The position numbers and the translations under genes are program-made. From IMG/VR virus record IMGVR_UViG_3300046523_000117: 64,000 bases of DNA; one strand, written 5' to 3'. The notes below the pieces were generated by a model. That model saw only the letters and a list, made by a program, of their open reading frames with translations. It was not told the origin of the DNA and did not search any database. This DNA comes from a virus (taxonomy: Duplodnaviria; Heunggongvirae; Uroviricota; Caudoviricetes). This document shows positions 8,119 through 15,400 of this stretch, one piece after another. Numbering within the stretch: the first letter of the stretch is position 1; each line of letters opens with the position of its first letter.

Positions 8119-8495
8119 ACCCCTTTGATTTTCTGGATTGCACCATTGGAAAAGTAAACCACAATATTAGATAACAGTTCCCCGATATCATCCTTTGTAT
8201 TTGGTTCACGCACATAAAAATCAATGATAGCCCGCCCATCGTCTGAGAGTTCCACGCCTTGGGTGAATTGTGACCAGTCAACAGGCGACCACAAATCAGT
8301 ATCAGACCAATTATCGCCAGTTAGATCAGTTACACGGGCGATATTGATATGGGTGTCTTTATCGCGATTGGTCAGGCTTACACGCTCGCCAACTTCGATT
8401 GTTACACGCTTGCGACCAACTTCCTTGCGAGCCGCTTCACGTATTTGAAAGCATTCTTTAGTGCTAGGCTTCCAAACGTTATTGATGATCGACAT
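8115..8495 (-). CDS. hypothetical protein (126 aa)
   Basis: minus-strand ORF with a 4-nt start/stop overlap with the downstream gene. Confidence 0.5.
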   Translation of the reverse strand: MSIINNVWKPSTKECFQIREAARKEVGRKRVTIEVGERVSLTNRDKDTHINIARVTDLTGDNWSDTDLWSPVDWSQFTQGVELSDDGRAIIDFYVREPNTKDDIGELLSNIVVYFSNGAIQKIKGV

Positions 8496-8569
8496 TTCAA
8501 AAATTCCCTGTTTCGGTTGGTGTATGATCAGTATAATAGGGATTGCATCAAATGCAACCCCTATTTGAT
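8496..8569 (-). promoter_or_regulatory. PeSL-like cassette, class A
   Basis: CCCTGTTTCGGTTGGTGTATGATCAGTATAATAGGGATTGcatcaaatgCAACCCCTATTTGATTTAAAT. Confidence 0.6.
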
Positions 8570-8788
8570 TTAAATCTGGTGTGGTGTAAACGTCATACCT
8601 TTAGCCGGACCATCAACCCCCATGCAAACAGATTGGGCCTTGATTGCAGCAGCTTGGGCCTGTTCGAAGGTATCAAACTGCATAGCCAGCTTGATAGAAC
8701 CCATGCAAGCGGTCCCCCACGTATCGCACCACTCATGCAAATAATCAGAACCGGATATCCCATAGGTACGCTTTACTACATAAGCCAT
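8570..8788 (-). CDS. hypothetical protein (72 aa)
   Basis: ORF trimmed to MAYVV, preceded by AAAAGGGGtttgatc. Confidence 0.5.
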   Translation of the reverse strand: MAYVVKRTYGISGSDYLHEWCDTWGTACMGSIKLAMQFDTFEQAQAAAIKAQSVCMGVDGPAKGMTFTPHQI

Positions 8789-8863
8789 GATCAAACCCCT
8801 TTTCGTTTGGTGTGATAGCAGTATAGCAAGGGGTTGTATTTGATGCAACCCCCTTTGATGCAA
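8789..8863 (-). promoter_or_regulatory. PeSL-like cassette, class A with flipped loop
   Basis: TTTCGTTTGGTGTGATAGCAGTATAGCAAGGGGTTGtatttgatgCAACCCCCTTTGATGCAATTATTTTT. Confidence 0.6.
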
Positions 8864-9073
8864 TTATTTTTCCCAATCATGCAAAGTTGTGGTGATTTCC
8901 TCAAACCCATTACCTGCATCATCAAACCAGCACCGCACAACCGCACGACGCCCAGCTATGACCGTTTCGATTTTCGGGTCTTCAACCAAACCGGAAACAT
9001 CACCCAACACTTCAACCGATACGCGATTGGTCCAATTGGTGATTTTTACAAACTTCACGATTTGGTTTGACAT
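8864..9073 (-). CDS. hypothetical protein (69 aa)
   Basis: minus-strand ORF. Confidence 0.45.
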   Translation of the reverse strand: MSNQIVKFVKITNWTNRVSVEVLGDVSGLVEDPKIETVIAGRRAVVRCWFDDAGNGFEEITTTLHDWEK

Positions 9074-9148
9074 TTTGTAGTCCCTGTTTCGGTTGGTGTA
9101 AGATCATTCTATAGGGGTTTGCATCAAATTGCAAACCCCTATTTGATT
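9074..9148 (-). promoter_or_regulatory. PeSL-like cassette, class A (11-bp stem)
   Basis: CCCTGTTTCGGTTGGTGTAAGATCATTCTATAGGGGTTTGCAtcaaatTGCAAACCCCTATTTGATTTTATTTG. Confidence 0.6.
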
Positions 9149-9598
9149 TTATTTGTGGTTCTTTTTGGCTTCGGTCAGGTCAGCAATCAATTTGTTTTGT
9201 TGGTTGACTTCCCATTCAATTTGGTCTACCACATAAACCGCTTGACCTTTTTCGTTTGCACCGTTTTGAACTTGACGGGCCTTCGCTTGTGCTATCCGCA
9301 AATCATTGTAACGGGTTGCGTTTTGGACAGTAGCCCAGCCAGCGGTGTCGCCTTCAAACTTGACACATACACGCAATTTGCCAGTGATAACCATGTAACC
9401 GGTTGGGTTAGTTGCTTTGAAAGCTTCCAGCCGTGCTATGTAGCCTTGCGATTCGGTAATCATGCCGTTAATCATGTCAATCATTGGGTTTACCTTCTGG
9501 TTTAGGTGTTTCAGGCACAGGGCGAACGTGGCTGCATAGTTGTCACCCGGTTGAATGATTTCTTTAGTCAACTTGTGGGCTTGGGCAAATGCGTTCAT
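9149..9598 (-). CDS. hypothetical protein (149 aa)
   Basis: minus-strand ORF. Confidence 0.55.
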   Translation of the reverse strand: MNAFAQAHKLTKEIIQPGDNYAATFALCLKHLNQKVNPMIDMINGMITESQGYIARLEAFKATNPTGYMVITGKLRVCVKFEGDTAGWATVQNATRYNDLRIAQAKARQVQNGANEKGQAVYVVDQIEWEVNQQNKLIADLTEAKKNHK

Positions 9599-9690
9599 GT
9601 TCGTATTCCCTGTTTCGGTTGGTGTAAGGTCAGTATACGCCTAATTTGATGCAATGCAACCCATTTGATGCAATTATTTTAAAATAGTTG
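9599..9690 (-). promoter_or_regulatory. PeSL-like cassette, class B
   Basis: TCCCTGTTTCGGTTGGTGTAAGGTCAGTATACGCCTAATTTGATGCAATGCAACCCATTTGATGCAATTATTTTAAAATAG. Confidence 0.55.
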
Positions 9691-9771
9691 TGGGAAATAT
9701 TCGTGCCAATACCTTTTTGGGGTCGTCAATCCATTTTCTCATATTTTTCTAGGGGATGTCAATACCAACAG

Positions 9772-9800
9772 ACAAAATAAAACCCGGACAATGCCGGGTC
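9772..9800 (-). terminator. putative rho-independent terminator (minus-oriented)
   Basis: ACAAAATAAAACCCGGacaatgCCGGGT on the plus strand, read as hairpin plus U-run on the minus strand after gene 9810..10061. Confidence 0.5.
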
Positions 9801-9809
9801 AAGGTGTTG

Positions 9810-10061
9810 TTACATCACTCGGTTTATCGGATCAATACTAAACAATACTTGCTCATGTAGTGCGGTTTGACAGTCTTGCAGAGTCTTGAATCGATGTTCA
9901 AAGATGGTAACGCCGAGTTTATCCTTGACTGAATAACCGTTATCATGTGCATCGATAACAAAGGTCAGGCAATGCGTCCCCAACATATCAAAGTTAATAA
10001 CAACGTCGGCATGGTAACGCCCGACATATAAGCCACGTAACAAGATCCTATCAATACGCAC
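9810..10061 (-). CDS. hypothetical protein (83 aa)
   Basis: minus-strand ORF. Confidence 0.5.
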   Translation of the reverse strand: MRIDRILLRGLYVGRYHADVVINFDMLGTHCLTFVIDAHDNGYSVKDKLGVTIFEHRFKTLQDCQTALHEQVLFSIDPINRVM

Positions 10062-10069
10062 AAAACCCC

Positions 10070-10282
10070 CTAGAACGCTGTCAGGCGAACGAAAGAACCA
10101 CCCTTTACCAGATCATGTACCAGTTCAGCGCCTTGCACAGCCAGTTCATAGGAACCGTCAATTTGCAGCCAGTGAGTTGAACCCTCATGATAGCTATCGG
10201 TAATCACCCCGATAGTTTCCATGTCTTGGTTGGTTCTGGCTTCTTCGCCCATCAACGCCTTGTGATTATATGTCATGTTCAA
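10070..10282 (-). CDS. hypothetical protein (70 aa)
   Basis: minus-strand ORF. Confidence 0.45.
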   Translation of the reverse strand: MNMTYNHKALMGEEARTNQDMETIGVITDSYHEGSTHWLQIDGSYELAVQGAELVHDLVKGGSFVRLTAF

Positions 10283-10476
10283 ACCTCCTTTACAACAAAC
10301 GCATCAAAGGGATAATCATGCGAAACGTTACCGGTCTTGGTTTCGATAGTCAAGGTGATCCACCCGTCGTGATCCTCGAAACAACGGCTTACTAGTTTGC
10401 CCATGACCAGTTCGCCACTAACTACCATAGCGATGATGTTACCAATTTTTGCATCAACCGCGTTTATCAATTGCAT
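10279..10476 (-). CDS. hypothetical protein (65 aa)
   Basis: minus-strand ORF with a 4-nt overlap. Confidence 0.45.
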   Translation of the reverse strand: MQLINAVDAKIGNIIAMVVSGELVMGKLVSRCFEDHDGWITLTIETKTGNVSHDYPFDAFVVKEV

Positions 10477-10545
10477 GTTTGTCGCTCCCTTGTTGGTGAT
10501 TAGATTCTAGCAAGGGGCTGCAATTGATGCAACCCCTATTTGATG
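10477..10545 (-). promoter_or_regulatory. PeSL-like cassette, class A with flipped loop
   Basis: CCCTTGTTGGTGATTAGATTCTAGCAAGGGGCTGcaattgatgCAACCCCTATTTGATG. Confidence 0.55.
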
Positions 10546-10716
10546 TTATTCGATAGACCAACCGGCAATATCAGACATCAACCATTTAGCATCAGACCGG
10601 CCAGACTTGCGGTTAATGATGTTGATGGATTCGCCGTTGAATTCCACCCGGTACAGAATCAACGAATAAGAATTTGTCCCGGCATCCTCAAACAGCAAAC
10701 GAAAGAGTATAGGCAT
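10546..10716 (-). CDS. hypothetical small protein (56 aa, below the ORF-track cutoff)
   Basis: hand translation MPILFRLLFEDAGTNSYSLILYRVEFNGESINIINRKSGRSDAKWLMSDIAGWSIE. Confidence 0.4.
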   Translation of the reverse strand: MPILFRLLFEDAGTNSYSLILYRVEFNGESINIINRKSGRSDAKWLMSDIAGWSIE

Positions 10717-10718
10717 GA

Positions 10719-10937
10719 TTATTCCCCCAAAAACTTTGCATAGGCAGCTTCACGTTTAGCGGTGCATATGTCTTTTGAATCGGTCAATTGGACTTTTTCA
10801 GCACAGCCAGCCGAATAGCCAGCCTGAAACGTTTTATAGCCATTCGGTTGGGTTGTTGCATTGAATGGGTTTTCTTTATAGTAACCCAGCGAGCCGGCCC
10901 GATAAGCGTATTCAAAGATTTCTTTTTGACTGGCCAT
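10719..10937 (-). CDS. hypothetical protein (72 aa)
   Basis: minus-strand ORF. Confidence 0.45.
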   Translation of the reverse strand: MASQKEIFEYAYRAGSLGYYKENPFNATTQPNGYKTFQAGYSAGCAEKVQLTDSKDICTAKREAAYAKFLGE

Positions 10938-11014
10938 TTCGATATTCCCTGTTTCGGTTGGTGTGATAGCAGTATAAAAGGGATTGCATCAAATTACAAC
11001 CCCTTTCTATCAAA
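10938..11014 (-). promoter_or_regulatory. PeSL-like cassette, class A
   Basis: TTCCCTGTTTCGGTTGGTGTGATAGCAGTATAAAAGGGATTGcatcaaattaCAACCCCTTTCTATCAAATTATTTT. Confidence 0.6.
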
Positions 11015-11326
11015 TTATTTTCCGGCTTTAGTCATCATGACCAGTTCGTTATGGTTACGGCAGATCATGGCCGCGTTAGGGATTTGATTCATCCAGTCCT
11101 CAAACCCATGCTTGACAAACCGAGATTTCATCACATCCAGAACCGCGAATTTCATTTCTTCAACGGTTGGGGATTCTTCCAGCACAGCCCGACGATAATC
11201 ATCGGCAGTTGCATAACCGTTGGTTACAAAGTAACGCATACGATCATTAGCCGACGCCTTCTTACCTTCAAACCATGCCGCTTTGACTTGGGTTTGTATG
11301 TTCGCTGGGAGGCTGGAAAGTTTCAT
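11015..11326 (-). CDS. hypothetical protein (103 aa)
   Basis: minus-strand ORF. Confidence 0.5.
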   Translation of the reverse strand: MKLSSLPANIQTQVKAAWFEGKKASANDRMRYFVTNGYATADDYRRAVLEESPTVEEMKFAVLDVMKSRFVKHGFEDWMNQIPNAAMICRNHNELVMMTKAGK

Positions 11327-11405
11327 GTCATTAACCCTGTTTCGGTTGGTGTATGGTCAGTATAGCCCCTGTACATTCAGAGTCAAGCAATTTGATGCAA
11401 TTATT
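11327..11405 (-). promoter_or_regulatory. PeSL-like cassette, class B
   Basis: ACCCTGTTTCGGTTGGTGTATGGTCAGTATAGCCCCTGTACATTCAGAGTCAAGCAATTTGATGCAATTATTTT. Confidence 0.55.
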
Positions 11406-11409
11406 TTAA

Positions 11410-11445
11410 GAAAAGAAAAAGCCCCTAGAATCAGGGGCTTATTTT
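11410..11445. terminator. rho-independent terminator
   Basis: AAAAGAAAAAGCCCCTAGAATCAGGGGCTTATTTTAG. Confidence 0.7.
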
Positions 11446-11833
11446 AGAATTCTTCTTTTCGTTCCATATCCCGGAAATATCCTTGACTGTCAAGGGTTTG
11501 ATATGCATTAGAGCCGTATCTAGGATCAGTTTCAATCCAGTGCATAGGGTCAAGCTTACCGCCTGCATTCACGAATAACCGGATTCTTTCGGCCAATGCT
11601 TCGGCCTTGTTAGATGATTCTTCGCGAAGGTCTTCAAAAAACACCATGCCGTCGCAGTCCTCACCGCCTTCTATACGCTTAGCAGCATCAAAGCGGGCAG
11701 TATGTATCCACCGTTGGCCGTTAGGGGCTTCGGCTTCAATGTAATAGCGTTCGGCTATGAATGCTTCGCCGTCCTCAGTTAAACCGTAGTTAAACAGATC
11801 AGATGCAACCCCGATTTCTAAAGCCATGATCAA
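11444..11833 (-). CDS. hypothetical protein (129 aa)
   Basis: minus-strand ORF. Confidence 0.55.
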   Translation of the reverse strand: MIMALEIGVASDLFNYGLTEDGEAFIAERYYIEAEAPNGQRWIHTARFDAAKRIEGGEDCDGMVFFEDLREESSNKAEALAERIRLFVNAGGKLDPMHWIETDPRYGSNAYQTLDSQGYFRDMERKEEF

Positions 11834-11895
11834 AACCCCTTTGTTTGGTGTATGGTTATTCTAACAGACCACATCCAACCGTCAAGGGTTTGATG
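11834..11895 (-). promoter_or_regulatory. PeSL-like cassette, degenerate (last copy)
   Basis: CCCCTTTGTTTGGTGTATGGTTATTCTAACAGACC...GGGTTTGATGCAATTATTTTCAAATT. Confidence 0.4.
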
Positions 11896-12111
11896 CAATT
11901 ATTTTCAAATTAGCCGATAGATTGCAACACCTACCGGAATGCAATAGAAAGGACACGCCAGAACAAACCAACCCCAGCGAGTTCTAGACGGTATAGGAGG
12001 CGTGATATTACGGCACCAGCCTATCACCAGCAAAACCAATCCAATGGCAGCCATCGACGCCATAGAGCTGTTAAAATTCATATGTTAATAAACCCTCAGA
12101 ATCGCCCAAAT

Positions 12112-12294
12112 TCAGCCAGAATAATACCCTTTATAAACCTCAGTCCCGGCCACGGTTAAGACAATTAGAATAGAAACAATAATAGACAACCGGAATTGCC
12201 CCCGAGCTTGTGTATCTGTACTAGAACGAAAACCCCAGTAACTAAAACAACCAATAACCAAATTCATCAATCCAAAACCAATCATAGAATTCAT
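12112..12294 (-). CDS. small membrane protein (60 aa)
   Basis: hydrophobic; stop/start overlaps chain it with its neighbours. Confidence 0.45.
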   Translation of the reverse strand: MNSMIGFGLMNLVIGCFSYWGFRSSTDTQARGQFRLSIIVSILIVLTVAGTEVYKGYYSG

Positions 12295-12476
12295 TGATTC
12301 GCCCCAGATCGTTTAAACCATGCACAATATACAACATAAGCACAGGAAACAATAGCAATCAACAAACCAGAATCAAAAGCAATAACCTGCCAAAAGGAAT
12401 GTCTAGGCATATGGTTAATCGCATAGACAATAACCATATTAGAAACAATACAAACGATAAACGCAATATAGAACAT
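12291..12476 (-). CDS. small membrane protein (61 aa)
   Basis: hydrophobic; 4-nt overlaps on both sides. Confidence 0.45.
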   Translation of the reverse strand: MFYIAFIVCIVSNMVIVYAINHMPRHSFWQVIAFDSGLLIAIVSCAYVVYCAWFKRSGANQ

Positions 12477-12742
12477 TATTGACCACGCATCCCAATATCA
12501 TGGGGAATAAAAGAATCACCGATAACCCGGCATTCATATAGGTGAACCAATCCACCATTAGGCAGCTTGTAATAGTTCATATTGTGTCGGGTACAGTCAA
12601 ACTCCTTATTGATGTTAGCCAATAAGAAAGCCTTGTTATCAGCAGTATAATGCCCATAACCAAACAAACCACAGGAACGCCATAGAGCTTTACCGTGTAG
12701 CTTGATACGGGTTAATTTTTTAGGTGATAGATCCATGATCAA
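12476..12742 (-). CDS. hypothetical protein (88 aa)
   Basis: minus-strand ORF in the overlapping chain. Confidence 0.45.
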   Translation of the reverse strand: MIMDLSPKKLTRIKLHGKALWRSCGLFGYGHYTADNKAFLLANINKEFDCTRHNMNYYKLPNGGLVHLYECRVIGDSFIPHDIGMRGQ

Positions 12743-12924
12743 CCCCAGATAATCATTAGAGAGTCATACACAACATATACGTTTAGGCATACGGATACAT
12801 TCAAACCAATGAGTGAACCACGCCAGACAATCAAATTAGGTTTGTCTTGAGCTACCCACAAACCAATCCCGGATAGAATGATAATGACCAATGCTGCAAT
12901 GACCAGATAGAACGCCAAATCCAT
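12739..12924 (-). CDS. small membrane protein (61 aa)
   Basis: hydrophobic; first gene of the overlapping chain. Confidence 0.45.
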   Translation of the reverse strand: MDLAFYLVIAALVIIILSGIGLWVAQDKPNLIVWRGSLIGLNVSVCLNVYVVYDSLMIIWG

Positions 12925-13372
12925 GATGAATCCCCTATCAGTGAGTTACTAGACAATAGATTAGCACATTAGAAACAGAATACAAGGGTTATTTGCATCT
13001 AAATCAACCCATATATTGGGATTGATCAAAATATAATCTATATCGATTTGGAAGGTATTTTATAGGAGGAATATCAGGGGAATAGATATAGGATAGGGAA
13101 TCCACGCGGGGCTTATAGAATAAGGCTTATGGTTGAATGAATCGATGGGGAATAGGTTAGGAATTGATGGTGTATCGATTTCAATACAGTGGAATGAAAA
13201 CGTTACAGTAATTTTAGGGGTTTGTTCATGCTTCCTAGTGAGTGTGTTATATTTTGATGCATTTATTTTTGCATCAAATCCTGCAATAGCATCAAATTGC
13301 AGCAGATTTCACCACAAGTCCCTAGCATGATTCGAAATAATTCACTAGTATTCCATCAAATTGCAGCAGATT
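12925..13372. other. 448-bp non-coding region with short direct repeats and a 9-bp-arm palindrome
   Basis: GGGAATAG x3; TTAGGAATTGATGG; ATCAAATTGCAGCAGATTTCACC x2; TTTGATGCAtttattttTGCATCAAA at ~13246..13273. Confidence 0.6.
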
Positions 13373-13603
13373 TCACCGATACACGGTTTTGGTCTGATTC
13401 CCCGGCAGCATCAGCCACACAATAAACGATACAACAGACAGAACCATCATACCGATATAGACCATTCCCCCGTGGTGGATAATTTGATCCATTTGAACTA
13501 GGCGTAAATGCGGTGGGGTTCTATCCCATGCTGCGAATATACCTAAGAACGCCATAGGCATACTACTAACTACCAGAAAGATTGCGATATAAAAGAGTTT
13601 CAT
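13373..13603 (-). CDS. small membrane protein (76 aa)
   Basis: two hydrophobic helices. Confidence 0.5.
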   Translation of the reverse strand: MKLFYIAIFLVVSSMPMAFLGIFAAWDRTPPHLRLVQMDQIIHHGGMVYIGMMVLSVVSFIVWLMLPGNQTKTVYR

Positions 13604-13666
13604 AAGTCACCGTTTGGGTTAGGAGGTTTGATTAGATGATAGACTACCAAAACAGAATGTCAAGTA

Positions 13667-13695
13667 AAACAAAAAGCCCCGGTTAAGGGGCTTTG
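13667..13695. terminator. rho-independent terminator
   Basis: CAAAAAGCCCCggttaaGGGGCTTTG. Confidence 0.65.
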
Positions 13696-13713
13696 ACTAC
13701 CTATCAGGATCTA

Positions 13714-14211
13714 TTAGACTGGTGTACTCGGTACGGTTCCTGCTTTATAAATCAGTTCCCGCTGGCCGCGACCTTCTGGGAGTTTTTCACCGTATCGGGT
13801 CACAATGCCTTGAGCTTCCAGATAGTTGACAGCGTTCCGGGTTTGGATTCTATCAGCTTTCATTGCTTCGGTCACTTCGGCAATGGTGAAATAAGTAATT
13901 TCTTTCGTTTGCAACGCTTCAATGATAGCGTTACGGATTTCGAGTTGTTCGGCGCTTGGGTTACGACCTGCCGAGCCTTTAGAGTCATTGGCCGGGTCAC
14001 CAGCTCCATTCGGTTGGGTTGCAGCCTTGGAAGCCCTTCCAGAAGCTTTAGGAGGCTTCGAGCCTTGAGCCCCGCCGATACTCGCCAAAGCTTCTTTGGC
14101 TTTGATCAGTGCCGATTCAGCGGAGTCTACCGCCATGTTTGCGAGTTCCAGAACGTTAACCACGTTAGCGGCTTGGGTATTCTGGGTTGCTGCTTTAGAT
14201 ACTTGGCGCAT
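13714..14211 (-). CDS. putative DNA-binding protein (Ala/Lys-rich N-terminal region, C-terminal winged-helix-like region), 165 aa
   Basis: the low-complexity KAAT/KPPKASGRASKAA region is histone-H1-like; no confident family assignment. Confidence 0.5.
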   Translation of the reverse strand: MRQVSKAATQNTQAANVVNVLELANMAVDSAESALIKAKEALASIGGAQGSKPPKASGRASKAATQPNGAGDPANDSKGSAGRNPSAEQLEIRNAIIEALQTKEITYFTIAEVTEAMKADRIQTRNAVNYLEAQGIVTRYGEKLPEGRGQRELIYKAGTVPSTPV

Positions 14212-14412
14212 TTTTGAAACTCCTAAACAATCAAATTGGGTTGGTCGGTTGATAATGCGAACCTAGGCAATTGATGATTAGTGCGTGAATCTTGTTACAA
14301 GTTCCTTTAAATCTGTATTCCCTTTCGGTGATGTCATTATGGTCATGGGGTTCTATGGTGTCAAGCCCCAGAACAAAATATTTTTGATTCAATTCCTAGG
14401 ATTGGATCACAT

Positions 14413-14446
14413 ACGAAAAAGCCCCGGTTTCCCGAGGCTTTTCAAT
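14413..14446. terminator. rho-independent terminator (imperfect stem)
   Basis: GAAAAAGCCCCGGtttcCCGAGGCTTTTC. Confidence 0.55.
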
Positions 14447-14458
14447 GCTTTACAGTTT

Positions 14459-14836
14459 TTACTTTTCGAACGTGGTGATATGTACAACCCGATCAAAGCT
14501 AAAACCGTCTTCCCTTGCTTTCTTGATTGCAGCCACTTCGGCTACCGCATCCGTTAACGCTTGAACCTCATACGTTACTTCTACCGGTTCGCCCCACTTT
14601 CTATGCTGTATTTCCCTGCATTCTATCGTAATGCGTTTATAGACCTTTGTAGGTCGTTCTAGCCTTGGTGCTGGAAGCTTCGCCACCAACGGACCTTTAT
14701 GTTTCCCTAGCTTCTTATCCCGCTTAGCTCGTTTGGCTTGTCGCTTAGCTTCTTCGGCTTCAAGCTTTTGTTGGTGTGCGTATGCTTCCAAATTAGCCCA
14801 CGCTTTTATTTCGGCTTCCAGATCCTTATAACTCAT
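14459..14836 (-). CDS. basic coiled-coil protein (125 aa)
   Basis: minus-strand ORF; KR-rich. Confidence 0.5.
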   Translation of the reverse strand: MSYKDLEAEIKAWANLEAYAHQQKLEAEEAKRQAKRAKRDKKLGKHKGPLVAKLPAPRLERPTKVYKRITIECREIQHRKWGEPVEVTYEVQALTDAVAEVAAIKKAREDGFSFDRVVHITTFEK

Positions 14837-15400
14837 TGCTAACCCCTATATGGTTTGGTTGGTGTATGCCCATTCTATACCATAGAGCATACAAGTCAAG
14901 CATATGATGCAATTAATTTGTACTGATTCAATCAAACCATAACACTACTAGGATAGGAACAGAATCAATATGATGCATTGGGTAGGGTTTGATGCAATCG
15001 GCCCGTGTGCGTGACTACAGGGGCTTACGTGGTGTATTGGATATGATGCAAAGGATTAGGAATTGATGCAATGCGATGGGGACTATTGTGTACCGGATGA
15101 ATGGTAATAGAATCGACTAGTGTATTAGGAATTGATATGGTAGACTAGTGATGGTGGGAGGACTATTGTGTTTCGATAGGGGGTGCTAGTGTGGGAGGGG
15201 TGCCAGGGGTGCCGGGGAGGGGTGAAAATTAAGGTTCCATACCTATGGATTCCTTGGCAGTTTAGTGGATGTGAGTAAGTTATTAGACACCCTCCCCGAT
15301 TCCAAAAAATTTCCATATGTACAGAAATCGACAAAAAGTTTCCTAGATGTCGATTCCAAAAAAATTTTCCACCAAAAAATTCGGCTTCAAAACTTTTTCC
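14837..15400. other. 564-bp non-coding region with iteron-like repeats, a G-quadruplex-capable G-rich tract and an inverted repeat
   Basis: ATATGATGCA x3; TTAGGAATTGAT x2 (a third copy at 13165); GGACTATTGTGT x2; GGGAGGGGTGCCAGGGGTGCCGGGGAGGGG at 15190..15225; GAAATCGACA...TGTCGATTCC; GATTCCAAAAAA(A)TTT(T)CCA x2. Confidence 0.6.

Noticed and set aside
1081-11895. Possibility that the regularly spaced ~70-bp repeats are a CRISPR array
   Set aside because: The repeats are separated by 200-450 bp of protein-coding sequence rather than 25-40 bp spacers. They contain promoter and SD features and are imperfect. They are regulatory cassettes, not CRISPR repeats.
15100-15260. The G-rich tract as a possible tRNA or other structured-RNA gene
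   Set aside because: No cloverleaf can be drawn by eye (no acceptor/T-arm pairing, no GTTC-like T-loop). It is better described as a G4-capable repeat within an iteron-rich non-coding region. A tRNAscan or Infernal run would be needed to exclude an ncRNA.
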